A DNA stretch of 64,000 nucleotides from Lepidodermella squamata (taxonomy: Eukaryota > Animalia > Gastrotricha). The translations under genes and the position numbers were made by a program. The notes under the pieces were generated by a model. It was not told the origin of the DNA and ran no database searches. It saw nothing but the letters and a program-made list of their open reading frames with translations. This document shows, in pieces, positions 21,181 through 33,484 of the stretch (its first letter is position 1; every line of letters begins with the position of its first letter). The stretch covers positions 2,542,001 through 2,606,000 of the forward strand of contig JBLDXI010000010.1 of the NCBI GenBank assembly GCA_047495785.1. Direction: 5' to 3'.

Positions 21181-24100
21181 TCACGACAACTTCCCTTCCG
21201 GCGATTTATTAGGCGCAGTGGGCGTCGTGGGGGTCGATTCACCACTCCCGATAGCCAACTGCCTGAGGTTTGGCGTCGACAGTGCATTCTTCGCCAGACC
21301 ACTAGCGCTCAAATCTACTACATTCAGCAGAGTTGGGCGGTTCGTGGATGCTGGCGGTGATGATTCCTCAGGGATGGCCCCATAGCCGCCGATTGCGAAT
21401 GATGGCGTCGCAGGGCTAACAGGAGACCGCAAACTGCCACCGTTCACCGTATGATGCTGGGACGATGAAGACGGAGCGGTGGGTGGTTTTGCGTGGAAGA
21501 CAGCTTCTGACGCCACTTTGTGGATGACGTGGTCGTTGACCCGTAACGAACTATCCTTACTGCTGTGGCCATTTTTCGAGCCATTGTGATGCTGATCTTC
21601 CAGCCTAGTTTTCAAATAGTAATTAGTAACATATTGGTAACTTGATAGCAACTACTCAAACAATAAACCCTGATAAATAAATGAATGAACTGAAATCAGA
21701 AAATGGTTCACGGCAGCTTTAAACGAAGATGTCAACGCAAGAGAACTACTGGATCAGAAAACTACATTCCGGCGTTGGAATTAACATTACTTCCTACGCG
21801 TTAAGCCAACTCCATCATTTCCGTCGGGATCATCGAAGTCATCATGATACTGCGATTATAGACATTTACGGCTGATTGCCGCCTGTAAGTTCGTTTCAAA
21901 TCATATCATTAATAAAGCTACCATATGTTTGGGCGTTTTATCTTCGTCTTTTACAACTCGACTTAACTGGAATTTACTAGATAGTTGAGTCAGAGCTTTC
22001 TCCGGCGTCAGACCAAACCTATGGCAGCGATTCTGCACGGATGAAGGTTTAGTCCGTTAAGTTTAATGTTTGACGCCGTTTGCTGCGATAAGCTCAGCAC
22101 GCATTTCTGACACATTCCACTCAGTACTGTATTTAACGTGGCCTAGTTACTTCGTTAAACCCCGCCATTTTTTACATGCTAGCTTTCTATAAAAGCTTTT
22201 GCTTTGACAAAAGGTCGAGCGCTGATAAAAGAACAGGCCAAATTTCTACACGGCATCCATGAGCATAAAAAACGTCGCCATTATAATAAAAACGCTTGAA
22301 ACCCAACTTGCTCTGATTTTAAAGTTGAAAGGCGGGGTCAGAGGACAAACATTAAATGTGATTAGAAATGCTTGTGTTTTTTAACTTACAGATCAGCTTT
22401 TGACGACGAGGAAGTTTTGCCTGTCAGCGACCCCTTCTTGCGCTTCTTCGCCTGAGGCGCGTTAATCTCTTTAATGCGAATATCCCGCGTCGCCTTGAAG
22501 AAAGCTGCCAACGCACGATGAATCCGCGATCCCGTTTCACGCCCGCCCTCGCGCAACACATTCGGCGTTGGGAGCGGCGCAGCGTTTGAGGCAAGCAGGG
22601 CCGCAGCTTCACTCGCCATCCATGGATGCTCGACAAGTTCGGCCATAGTGAGCCTCTCGGTCTGCTCGACAGTCAGCAGTCGTCTGATAAGCTCTTTCGC
22701 GCCGGATGACACTTGCCGCCAGTCGTCACGGTCCAGCTCGTAATGGCAGGTTCGAACAGCTTCGGCCATGTTTTCGGGCGAATCGGCGACGAACGGCACG
22801 CGGCCGGACAACATGACGTAGAGTATTACGCCCAAGCTCCACAAGTCGCACATTGGCGAATAGGAATGAGAGAATAGAACTTCGGGGGCAGCGTATTGCA
22901 GAGTGTAACAGTCTGCCTCAACGGCATTCAGATCGCGAATAAATCGAGCAAAGCCAAAATCGACAACCTACAACGAAAAATCAAGGTTACAGTTGACATT
23001 TCCTATCAAATTATGTAAAATCGACCCTGTAACTGGACCTAACATAAAAGAAGGCTCCCTTTGTTTGTAATATAAAATTACCTTGCATTGTGAGAGAGGC
23101 GTTTGATCGACGAAAATGATGTTCTCCGGCTTCAGATCCAAGTGCGCCACATTTTTCTCGTGCATAAACCGCACAGCATCGACTATCATTTTGAACACTC
23201 GCCTCGCCTCAGATTCGCGGAACGTTGTCTTCTTTTGAATCTGCGACAACAGCTCTCCGCCACGTAGCAGCTCAAGAACCAAATAGGAATTGTGCTTGTC
23301 ATGCAGAACTTCCACCAGCTTGATTATGCCTGGGTGGCCCTGGCAAGCGGCTAGCGTTTCTATCTCAGAATCTACGCGAACACACCGGTTAAGAATTTTC
23401 ACCGCGAATTCTTCGCCTGTCTCCGCCGCCACGCACCGGCGAACCGTCGAAAATGACCCGCGGCCAATCGGCGACCCGTCAAAATCGATTCGGTATTTAT
23501 TGAAAAATTCCGAGGCTTTGAACTTTTGCAGAAGTTTCAAACGCTCAGTTGGACCGCCGATGTACGCGTCAATTTGCTGCTCAAGTTCACCCGGGCTAGC
23601 TTTCGCTATTGGCGCGATGGGTGCGATTTCCGCCCCGGTCTCGTCGATATGAAACGGCGCGACGTAGGAGTAGTCACGGAAAATCTTTGGCGAAACATGC
23701 ACACCCCCGCCACCCCCTGGCGATGTTCCAAGCAGATCTGACGGCAATTGGCTCGTGAATTCATTCGAGAAATTCTGAACATCTGAGTCATTGCGGATCA
23801 GTGGCTTTAAGGGTGGGGTCAGCTTCCGATTCACAACATCCGCCCAATTGGTTTTGAAAAAGAAGGCGTGACCGCGAATTTCGTCGGCACCATGAGCGCC
23901 TAACCGTTTCGAGGGGTCTTTAACCAGTAGCGTGTCAACGAAAGCTCGAGTTGCCATCGGGAAGCTGTGCGACAACGGCGGGTATTTGCCGTCTAAAACG
24001 CGCTTTCTCACCGCTTGTTGCGAGTTATCATGCCCGGCAAGCGTGAACGGCGAAGTTCCAGTCAGCAGTTCGTAGGTCAGTACGCCCAGCGACCACCAAT

Positions 24101-24819
24101 CAGCCGCAAAATCGTAACCATGGCCCTTATCTACAACCTCTGGCGCCATGTATTCGACAGTTCCGCAGTACGAGTACGTTCTCTGGTCGTGTTCCCAATG
24201 GTTGAATTTTCGCGAAAGCCCGAAATCTGTCAGTACAATGTGGCCTTCATTGTCAAGCAGGATGTTTTCGAGCTTCAAATCGCGGTAGATAATGCCTAAA
24301 TCATGTAGAGCTGACAGGGCAACAAGCAGCTCGGCAGCGTAAAATGTTGTATCCTCTACTGTAAATTTCCCACGCTGTACCAAGTGGGTGAACAATTCGC
24401 CACCGCCCAGGTAGTCGAGCACCAAGAACAATTCTGAAATTCGAAAATGAGATCAAATCTGATGATGATATTTAATGGTTTATAATTGACTTACTGGCTT
24501 CGTTTTGAAAGGCGTAGTGTAGCGTGACAAGGAATGGACACTGGCGAACGGCCTCGAGAATTTTGCGCTCAGCTATCGTATGCTCGGCGCCCTTCACCTT
24601 CGACAAGATAGTGGCTTTCTTGAGCGATTTCAACGCATAGACGCGGCCGTGATCGGCGCCGGGTCCGGTTTTACGCGCCAGGTAAACTTTGCCAAACGCT
24701 CCGGAGCCGAGTAACCGGATCAGAGAGAAGTCATTAACGGAAACCTGAAGATTTGTTGAGTTTGCCGATGCTGTAATCACTTGGCCCTTACTCGTTCGCG
24801 TTAAATCGTTAGACGACAT
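21181..24819 (-). CDS. RPS6KA5: MSK/RPS6KA5-like dual-kinase paralog A (exons 24819-24495, 24433-23082, 22967-22390, 21604-21181)
   Basis: Two kinase domains, hydrophobic motif FRDYSYV, LPTP, docking-like APQAKKRKK. The GTAAGT donor at 22389 is in phase with the acceptor at 21605, adding a Ser/Pro-rich tail (this last exon is less certain). Confidence 0.88.
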
Positions 24820-27800
24820 TGCTAAGATTCCCTAAGTCACCGACTGCTAGCTGGCACAACACGATACGATAATTCAGAATGTAATTGATTAGATGATAGC
24901 CGGCATTGTGCTGAATCTGCTCCAACTACGAACGTCGCCAATGAGAAAGGCGCATACGTCGACAACAATTATACTAACATTTTCACAACTAATTAAATAT
25001 CTATTTCTGCCTAAAAAAATAGGTATAATTTTGTTATATCTGAGCTGAAAATGGGATATTGGAATACTGTAAGCTTGAATAAATCTGACATGTAGCCAGA
25101 GAAGAAAACATGGATATCGTAGTATGGTCATGTCGCGTAGATATCATGCGAATGCATTCATTGCAGTCGTAGTAGGATAGCTGTGTACTATAATGCGGTA
25201 TAAGGCAAAGTGTCACCTGTTTACTTGCTCGCTATTTGTCTCTTATAATAATTTTTGTTTGTTTGTCTATCTGTTTGTTAGTTATACGCTGTTAGTTTGC
25301 CGGCGCCAGTGCGCGCGCGTGCTTTGAGCAGTACTGCACCGGTGTGAAGCACCCTGGGATAGCTGAATAGCCTAGATTTCGACCACTTTTTCATTGAAGA
25401 GACCGCTGTGATTCAGATAATCGTTCGTAACTTACCTCCACTTCTCTATGCTCCACTTATAGGCTCCTCTAAGGTCACAGGCCAAAAAAGACCGAAAATT
25501 TGAAGACAATTTAGGCGCGTTGTAGCACCTTTTCTAAATGCGACTCGTTTTAACGAGTGATAAGAGGAGGATTAGTCCAAAGATCAGTAAAAAAGGATAT
25601 TCGAGAATCCGAGCAAAGCTGTAAGCCAATTGTCCCGAATTAGGTGCTGGGTATTTCTTTGCCAGAATGTGTTGGTCATCAGTTGAACAAAAAATAATAA
25701 ATTGGCAGAAATGATGTTGATGGGCGCGAGTAGAATTTACAATTTACAACAGGTAGCCTTAGTGCAGGGTGTGGATCAAAAAAAGAGTGAATTGGTCTGT
25801 CAGCCGGTTCGATGCAGACAGAAAATTAAATAAGCGAAAAAACTCACCACCAGGCTAGCGTTGGCTTAAATGTGTGGAGCAGCATAGTAATGTCATGTAG
25901 TGCATTCACGTGCATGAACTGAGTGCTACGCAGTATGTACAATGCATACGTGCACGTATATATATGTATGCATAAAAACCTCTTGTGCAGAGGTTCAACT
26001 CAATGATTCTTGGGAGTTCTAGCATGTGTGATATCGCAATCTCTGTATAATGCATTGCTAGACGTGTAGTAAAAAGCAGTTTTATAGTGGATGTGGTAGT
26101 ACGACGATAACACCAGGTAGGCATATATATCTACAATATAGCTATTATATTATTAAGACGCGTGCCGACACGACCATGACCATTGCCAGCCATCGTTGAC
26201 GTGTAATTTATAGCTGAGCCTAGCTATTACTGTTATACGGCCTTTCGCTGCCAGCGCTGTTCATGGAAGTTGATACACTGTGACTACCGAATGCTAGGAA
26301 GGAGAACACGCTCCGCCTATACCTGCATTCGGTCATATAAATTCGCGGTTTTTTGCCTTGTAAAGCTTATTTGAATGAAAGGGTTGGTACCGAGTTATAA
26401 GGGTCACGTGCCGGTAACCGTAATTGGCGTGCGTAGTGGAACTTGGGAAAGCCCTATTGCGTCATTACTTCTCTACCTACGTCATAAGCGGTTGTCAAAC
26501 TATCGCTATTTGGCGTGCGGCCCTTTCGGCCCTTTAAAAATGTCTGGAAAGTCATTTGGTGGCTTTGGTCTCGGGAAAATCGTGGGTGGCGGGGTAGATG
26601 AGGGCTAGATAACCAAAGTAAAGGGAAATCTGGATTCGTAAGATTCACACCGAAACTTTGAATTGAAATGGTTGATTAGGCATGGCAGGTAAAGTTATGC
26701 GAAGAAGTGTGAAATACTGGAATTTTTGAATATTTCGGCTGATACCGGGTGCTTTAATACCCTACTTATGCGCTTTTCTTCGATTGTTGCTTGGTCAGAG
26801 TGAGACACATTCTCCAACAAATAACTCTCTAATTTCGGAGGCGTAAAAAGCTTGCGAATCCAATATACTTGACGCTGACTTTCAGTAGATAAATTCAGCA
26901 ATCAGCTAAATTGCAAATCAGTATAAGTTCTGCGGTCTACATTTGAGAATTTTCAACGATTTGAAGCGTCAACTAATGCACTGCAGCTGCAGCTGAAGCA
27001 GGAATACACATACACACAGCTTGTGCATGCATCGATTGAAGTAGCCGCAGCCGTGGTATAAGTCGACCAAATCACATAAGTGCACTAAAAGCCGTCGATC
27101 GATGCTGGCGACCGATCGATAGCCGGCTGCGGTGAAGTTTACTGGCTGTTGAGTTGTTTCGCTGATACGACGGCATGCATCCACAAGTGGAAGCACTTGG
27201 GCGCCTTTGCAGTTGCAGTTGCTACCCACTTGCGAGTTTACGGAAGGCGCGTATTTTCACGGTGAAAGGGGCGTAATTATGCGATATTAAATGCCGCAAA
27301 TGGGATGCTTTCTGAGCAGAAATATGGCTGTGTTTTTTCTTGGACAGATATTTTCAATGATGGCAAGTACTAAAAAGCGATCGGGGTTTACACTAAGATA
27401 CCGTCTGCAGTATATTTCGCTATTGTTTGTCTACGGCGCATCTTTGAAATCAGCTGCATCTAACGCAAACTGCAAGACAAGACAAGACCGAATCGATCTG
27501 CACTAATATCGTTTTCCGCGAATTCAACTTGAAATGTTGCGAATCAACGAATTTGACATTATTTCGTGCCAAAATGATAAACGCGTGACTTTCCTGATGA
27601 ACACGAGACTGAAAATGGTAACAAAACTTGCACAACCGTGAAATAAGGCTAGATCGAACAAGCCTACAGCCTCAAATGCGTTAGAAAACCCGATTGCCCG
27701 CCACCGGAGAAGATCCCGGAGAGACTAATAGTGTGTTGTTAATTTTTTGTTAAGAACTGAGCGAAAATGAAGGTGGATCAAATGTAATCTTGTGACGCGC

Positions 27801-28042
27801 TATTTCACTTATGACACGTCAAGTATGTTAAAAAATGAAACACAGGAGATTAAAAAACGCCTGTAGCTCTCTTTCTCATCGAAACAATTTTTCATTGCCG
27901 TTTATTATTACAATAATATCATTATTATGACTTCGGAACATTGATAGAGAGACACACAAAATTAATATTGTTAACAATGCAGTGACGAAGTGTAGCAGTA
28001 CTAGTACGAAAGAGCGATAGATCAGTTTTATTCATCAAATTT

Positions 28043-29605
28043 TCAAACAGGCGGTAAAATAGCGGCCTGCACCAGCTCAAACGCCATGCGCCGCCGGCAG
28101 TCAGGCATGTCACCGGGCGTGAAATCAAAACTCAACGCTTTGACGCCTGCACCTGAACTCGCGACTTTCAACAACTGCGTCGCACAACGCGCAAACTGGC
28201 ACGTGAACACGCCGCAGTCTGAGCCGTTCGTCTGCTGCGGCGCGTCTAACCGGTCTAAGACCGCCCACTGCGCCGGGTCAAACTCGAATTTACCCTTGTG
28301 CTTATCCGCATGTTCCCGCATCAAGTAATCTAGCAACATACGACCGTAAGTCGGCGCGTGCCGACCGCCTAACGAATCGAACAACACGATACACTTCCGC
28401 TTGATGTCGATAACACCGAGAATCCAGTGAACACGAACGTGGATTGGAACTAAAACGACCTCGTAAGAAAATAGATCAACACGCCGCGTCCAACGCTTCA
28501 CGCCATCGTAACCCTTCGACTCCAAGGTCGACATGAAAAATGTCGAGAAAGCGTATGCAGAATCCGCTGCCAATTTACTGGAACCCGCCGTATTCGCGAC
28601 TAATGCCATGTACAAATTTACAACCTCGTCATTCAGCCACTGCCTACCCACCAACGTCCTCACGTCTTTACGAGTTACCGACAAATTATTTGTTAGCTGG
28701 CTAGGAGGTGGCGAGACCAACTCAGACTCAGCGCCGTGGTTCGACATGACAGAATTCGCGACTAGTAACTGCTCTGAGGTGAGTCGCCTAAAAGCAGGTT
28801 TCGGTGGTTCGAGGCCTAACCTTGCACGTAATACGCGCTCTAATTCATCCGGATCTTGTTCGACTTTACGCTTCTGAGCTGCGATAGCTGCCTGCTCTTG
28901 ACGCAGCGATTCTCCGGTTTTCAGCGTCATCGCCCTGATTTCGCTCAGCAAACCTGAGACGAAATCATCTGAAGCACTTGAAACCGGCTGCCGCTCGCCT
29001 AATGGTGTCGGTTTCGCTGATTTTTCATCTATTGCTGTGAGACAGTCGACGTCAATGACTGAGGTAGTGTTGTTGTTATTGATGTTCGAGGCAACCGACC
29101 ATGAGTCAACAGGCGGCGAGGCGACCATAGGGCCTCGCAAGCAGCTCCGGACCAGTTCTTCATACGCCAGCCGGTCGTCGGATACCACGGCTTCTATCGC
29201 ACTGTTTCCGAACGAAAAGCCATTCGTAACAAGAGGCACGGTTTTTCGCGAGTAAGGGGACGGGCTTGAACTGCTTGTCATTACCAAACTAGTGTTAAAA
29301 GCCACGGTTAAATAAGCAACTATACCGACATCAAGCGACAACGAAATCACACGCTCATTTCGGGAAATTATTTCATAATGAATATGATTTCACAACTCAC
29401 CTTCTCTGATCAGCTGAAATAGTTGCGTCCATGATGCTGCTACAGTTCAAAGAATTTTGCAGAGAAATCTTAGCCGATCTGTGAGACGAGATTCAGTTTG
29501 ATAAGCCATGAAGGAAGGAAATACCACTCACCCTGTGTTATTGTCATCACCATCGGCGGATAACTTCTGTAATCCAGCGGGAAATCGAGAATTACTACTG
29601 GCCAT
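28043..29605 (-). CDS. SUMO-specific protease, SENP1/Ulp1-like (C48) (exons 29605-29532, 29478-29401, 29288-28043)
   Basis: WLNDEVVN, FSTFF, VKRWT, VPIH…HW, DSL, QQTNGSDCGVF catalytic motifs; small upstream exons splice in phase. Confidence 0.92.
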
Positions 29606-30450
29606 ATACATATGTGTGTCTAAACTTCTAAATTGATTAGGTATTTAAAAACAGAAAAGTGAAAAGTAATAGCCAACTTGGGGAAAAGCAACGTTTTAGC
29701 GAGTTTAGTATTAAAAAGCTCGAAATGATGTCCACTTTGCAAAGTCATCAGCTCAGTTTTCGATATAAAAGCATGTGTTAACCAATCAAGCAACTTAAGG
29801 CTGTCATCAATCGGCAGTTGATAGTAAGTAAGTCGACTGGAAATGACAAACGAAGCGAAATCGATCCCTTGGTTTTCAGGTGCAGTCAGGTCAGCTGACC
29901 GAGGATCATAAAATCTGTCGATTTTATCCTGTGACAGAAAAATAAAAATAATTGAACCATTAATTTTAATTTTAATATTCCATTATTGCTTTATAATATA
30001 CAAATTTGGCTTCATTAGCAACGACACATTGCCCTTTTGGGTTCATATCCTGCTGTCGGCATCTGTTGAAATCATTTCTTTAGTTTTCAGCTGACGTCTA
30101 GACTGTGTGAAGTGGATTTGAAGCAAAACGTGAAAGTGCGGCCCACAGAACAAGGCAATACCTTGAGAAATTGAACGGTAAGTCTATGTTTTCTTCACAG
30201 ATCGTGTTTGAGTTAAGTAAAAAGAGACATTGTCGATTCATTAAATCATTTGCTGTTCAGATTCAGTTATTAATAAAAAAGCTATAGGATATAGCTTAAA
30301 ATTCGAAGTTTTTCTTAACTTGCCATTTTGCTAGCGTTTATAGCAAAGTAGACCATAGTTTAGATCAGTTTGGAATTTAAAGCTTACGAAAACTTCGCTA
30401 CAATGAAGGAAAGTTAAGTACCTACGACTGGTTATGTAATTTGCTAGAAA

Positions 30451-31376
30451 ATGCCCGGTGCCGAAGCCACTATTAGTGTGCAAGCTGAGCCGCAGCATCC
30501 TAACTTGGAAATGAGAGTAAGCATATTATTTGCCATTCGCTCAAAATATAATATTTGTAACAACTCAGAATACACCCGGACCCGGAGCTTACGAGATTCC
30601 CGATTTTTTAGAAGAATGGACCAAAAAGCCTCATACCTTCAGATCAAGTTTCAAAAACCAAGGCCGCGAATCTCCAATTTATTTTACGGCAAATCGAGAT
30701 GGAAAGTACCTCGCTCCGGTGAGTTCCAGTGTTCAAGTTTTGCGAAAGTGATGAAAACTTATCCATTTTCCTCAAAATGCTCTGGGAGTTTTTATAATTA
30801 ATTTTTTTTCTATTCCTTCTCATGCATAGGGCCTCTATGAGCACAAGGACTTTGTCACTAGCTTACTCAAGCAACGATACGGGATGACATATGGTGCGAA
30901 AAATCGTCCCCGTGACCCTGCAGCTAGGTCGCCATCCCCTCGCCGAAGTGGCACTGCGGCTGAAATAGATCTTAGCCCCGGTATGTATAACACCGAAAAA
31001 TATTTGTCGATCGGCAGCATGCCGAGAGGTCCAATGTCGGTGTTTCGTTCGCAAACTCCCCGTTTCAAGGAACGCATTGTCTCCTCATCCTTCAATCCAG
31101 GCCCTGGGAATTACTCCCTGCCACCAATGCCGAGGAAACCAGCTGTAACTTCCAGCTTCACATCACGCACAGCGCGATTCAAGACACCAGTTAACGTAAT
31201 GATTGCTCGCTATTAGCAATGCAGTATCACTGTTACCTCATATTTTGTTTCGTTTGCAGAAGAATCCCGGCCCTGGAACTTATGACAGATGCATCAACAC
31301 TCCAGCGGCGGCAGAGTCGCTGACCAAGATTGGAAAGCTATATGGACTTTTCTTCCCCATAGAATACTACCCATAA
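30451..31376 (+). CDS. Sperm-tail PG-rich (SHIPPO-repeat) protein, STPG/ODF3-like (exons 30451-30516, 30569-30718, 30830-31195, 31260-31376)
   Basis: Repeated PGPG.Y motifs (TPGPGAY, LAPGLY, LSPGMY, NPGPGNY, NPGPGTY) with S.F.S.T.RF spacers; phase-0 introns. Confidence 0.8.
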
Positions 31377-32463
31377 TCAAAATATCGACTTGCGAGCAAG
31401 AGATGGCCTAATTTGTATTAATGTGCAATTGTACCAATAACATGCGACTTTGTGATAAAAATAGTAATCGAGCTCACCAGATATAGCGTTTCAATTTGTA
31501 ATTTCACACTTCGATTGCGATACCGGTAGATTTCACATATAATATAAGTCTCCCATTTTACGTTCGCGTCTTTCTTACATGAAAATTTTCATTAGTTATC
31601 AAATTCACTATTATCTCAACTTCCGTTAATTTTGCCAAAATGCAAATAGCCAGTGTAAATATCTTTTTCATTGGCGTTGCAGTTGGGCGATTTCGTTGAA
31701 AATTCTTACCCCAACTTTCGATGCGGAATGACTGTTTCCCCAATAATTTCTTCCGATATGTTGCAAGTGCTATATTATATATTTGCGGATAATCCCGTTT
31801 GATAGGCATGAGAAGATTATTTTCATACGCACAGGATGGCTACAAATGGAACTGAGTGATCGCATTTCGCACACGGAATTTTACCTTCTTTGATACGATA
31901 CGGTGAAAAAGAGCCGATTTCGCCCGGCTATCATTGCCCTTGCTTTTGATAATTATAATAAAGGCATCACAAGACCGGCCAATATTGTTTATTTATTTTA
32001 GTGTCATAATTTTATGCCGACTCATTTCTGACATCATCCCAGGTAACAGCCCTGCAATAACCTTGATTGCAATCCGAGTATTTTGGCCACCGAGGGCGTT
32101 CTGGACTTGTCCGTTCATCCAAAATGACGATATAGTTAGTTTGGCTCGTATTCCTCACTCTTTTATTGACGCCTAGAGTCTCTAATATGACAAAATTATG
32201 ATTTAAATGGATATTTCTAAATTTGCCTATAAGAATGACCGAGCGTCCCATAAATGGGACATTGCGTAACTCGGAGACGGTTGAGGGTGGGGTCACCAAA
32301 TTTCGTTTTTTTTCATTTTTTCGATGTTATGATTCATTCCACAAAAAATTAGAACGATTGGATCAAAATCCTGAGTCTTGGTCTAAACGGGTTAGGCTAA
32401 CTTCAAAAATATACCGCGCTAGTCGTTGGTTGTCGCATCTGCAGCACTCGCTTATATATTAAT

Positions 32464-33381
32464 ATATATGTCGTATATAATGTCGATTTTTATGTAATGT
32501 TAACTTTACATAGACCCAGCCTATGTAATGCTCACTTTACACGTGTAATGTTAACATTAGATATGTAATGTCAACTTTAGATGACATTTAAATGAAATCT
32601 GCTATGTAAAGTGAGCCAGCAGATGTTACTTTGCGGGTGGTTGTGCTAAAAAATCACCTTTCAATGGGAGGAATGGAAGTTGTCAACCCTGAGGCTTATG
32701 GCGGTGATCCCGTCAATGGCCCTAAAGTCGAGATTGAGCTGCTTCAAGCCAAACTTAAGGCAAAATTTCAAAATTATTTCAATCCAGCGGCAAGTCGAAG
32801 CAGATCTACTACCCGTTAGCGTTGCAGCATAAGGGTCTATTTGACGCTAAAAACAACTTTCTATTCTTCCATGACTAAGGTAGTAAATAGGTTACCGCCA
32901 AAATGGCTGATACTCGTGCAGCAGGTGAACGCTGGCGAACCCCAGGTCTTCGCCCACTAAAATGGAACGGGGCGCCCCATTAGAAGTAACTTAAGGGTTC
33001 CCTCTTACGTGTTTCAACCAGTTTTGCGCCCGTAACTTCGAACCAATCTGGTCAACAAGTTCAAATTCAATAAGACTGCCTTTCTTACCACCCAAGTTGG
33101 TCAGTGGTGGCCTGAATGCTATACCCCAGGAAAATTGTCAGCACTAATAACCAACTCAGCCCTAACCATAACTAATAACTGACTTCTTCCCACTTTCTTG
33201 AATTTGAAATGAATAAAACATGTATTATATCATTTCTTGGCGCACTTTACATATCTAAAGTCAACATTATATAGTATAAATGTATCTAATGTGAACATTA
33301 CATATCTAGAGTCGACATTACATAGGCATCACTATATAAAGTTAACATTACATAAAAATCGACATTATATACGACATATAT
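32464..33381. mobile_element. Foldback-like non-autonomous element with long modular TIRs
   Basis: TATATGTCGTATATAATGTCGATTTTTATGTAATGTTAACTTTA is perfectly inverted at the right end; ~140-bp TIR regions built from ATGTAATGT-AACTTTA subrepeats. Confidence 0.75.
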
Positions 33382-33484
33382 GCAAATATGCAATAAAAAG
33401 CTATGACAATTGTTGGAGCAACGCTCTATAGCTCCAAGATATTCGAAGTTGAAATTGAAATTGCAGCATAATTTTTATGTAGAT

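Noticed and set aside
31558-32462. Short ORFs between the STPG-like gene and the foldback element
   Set aside because: No coherent exon chain or motif could be built
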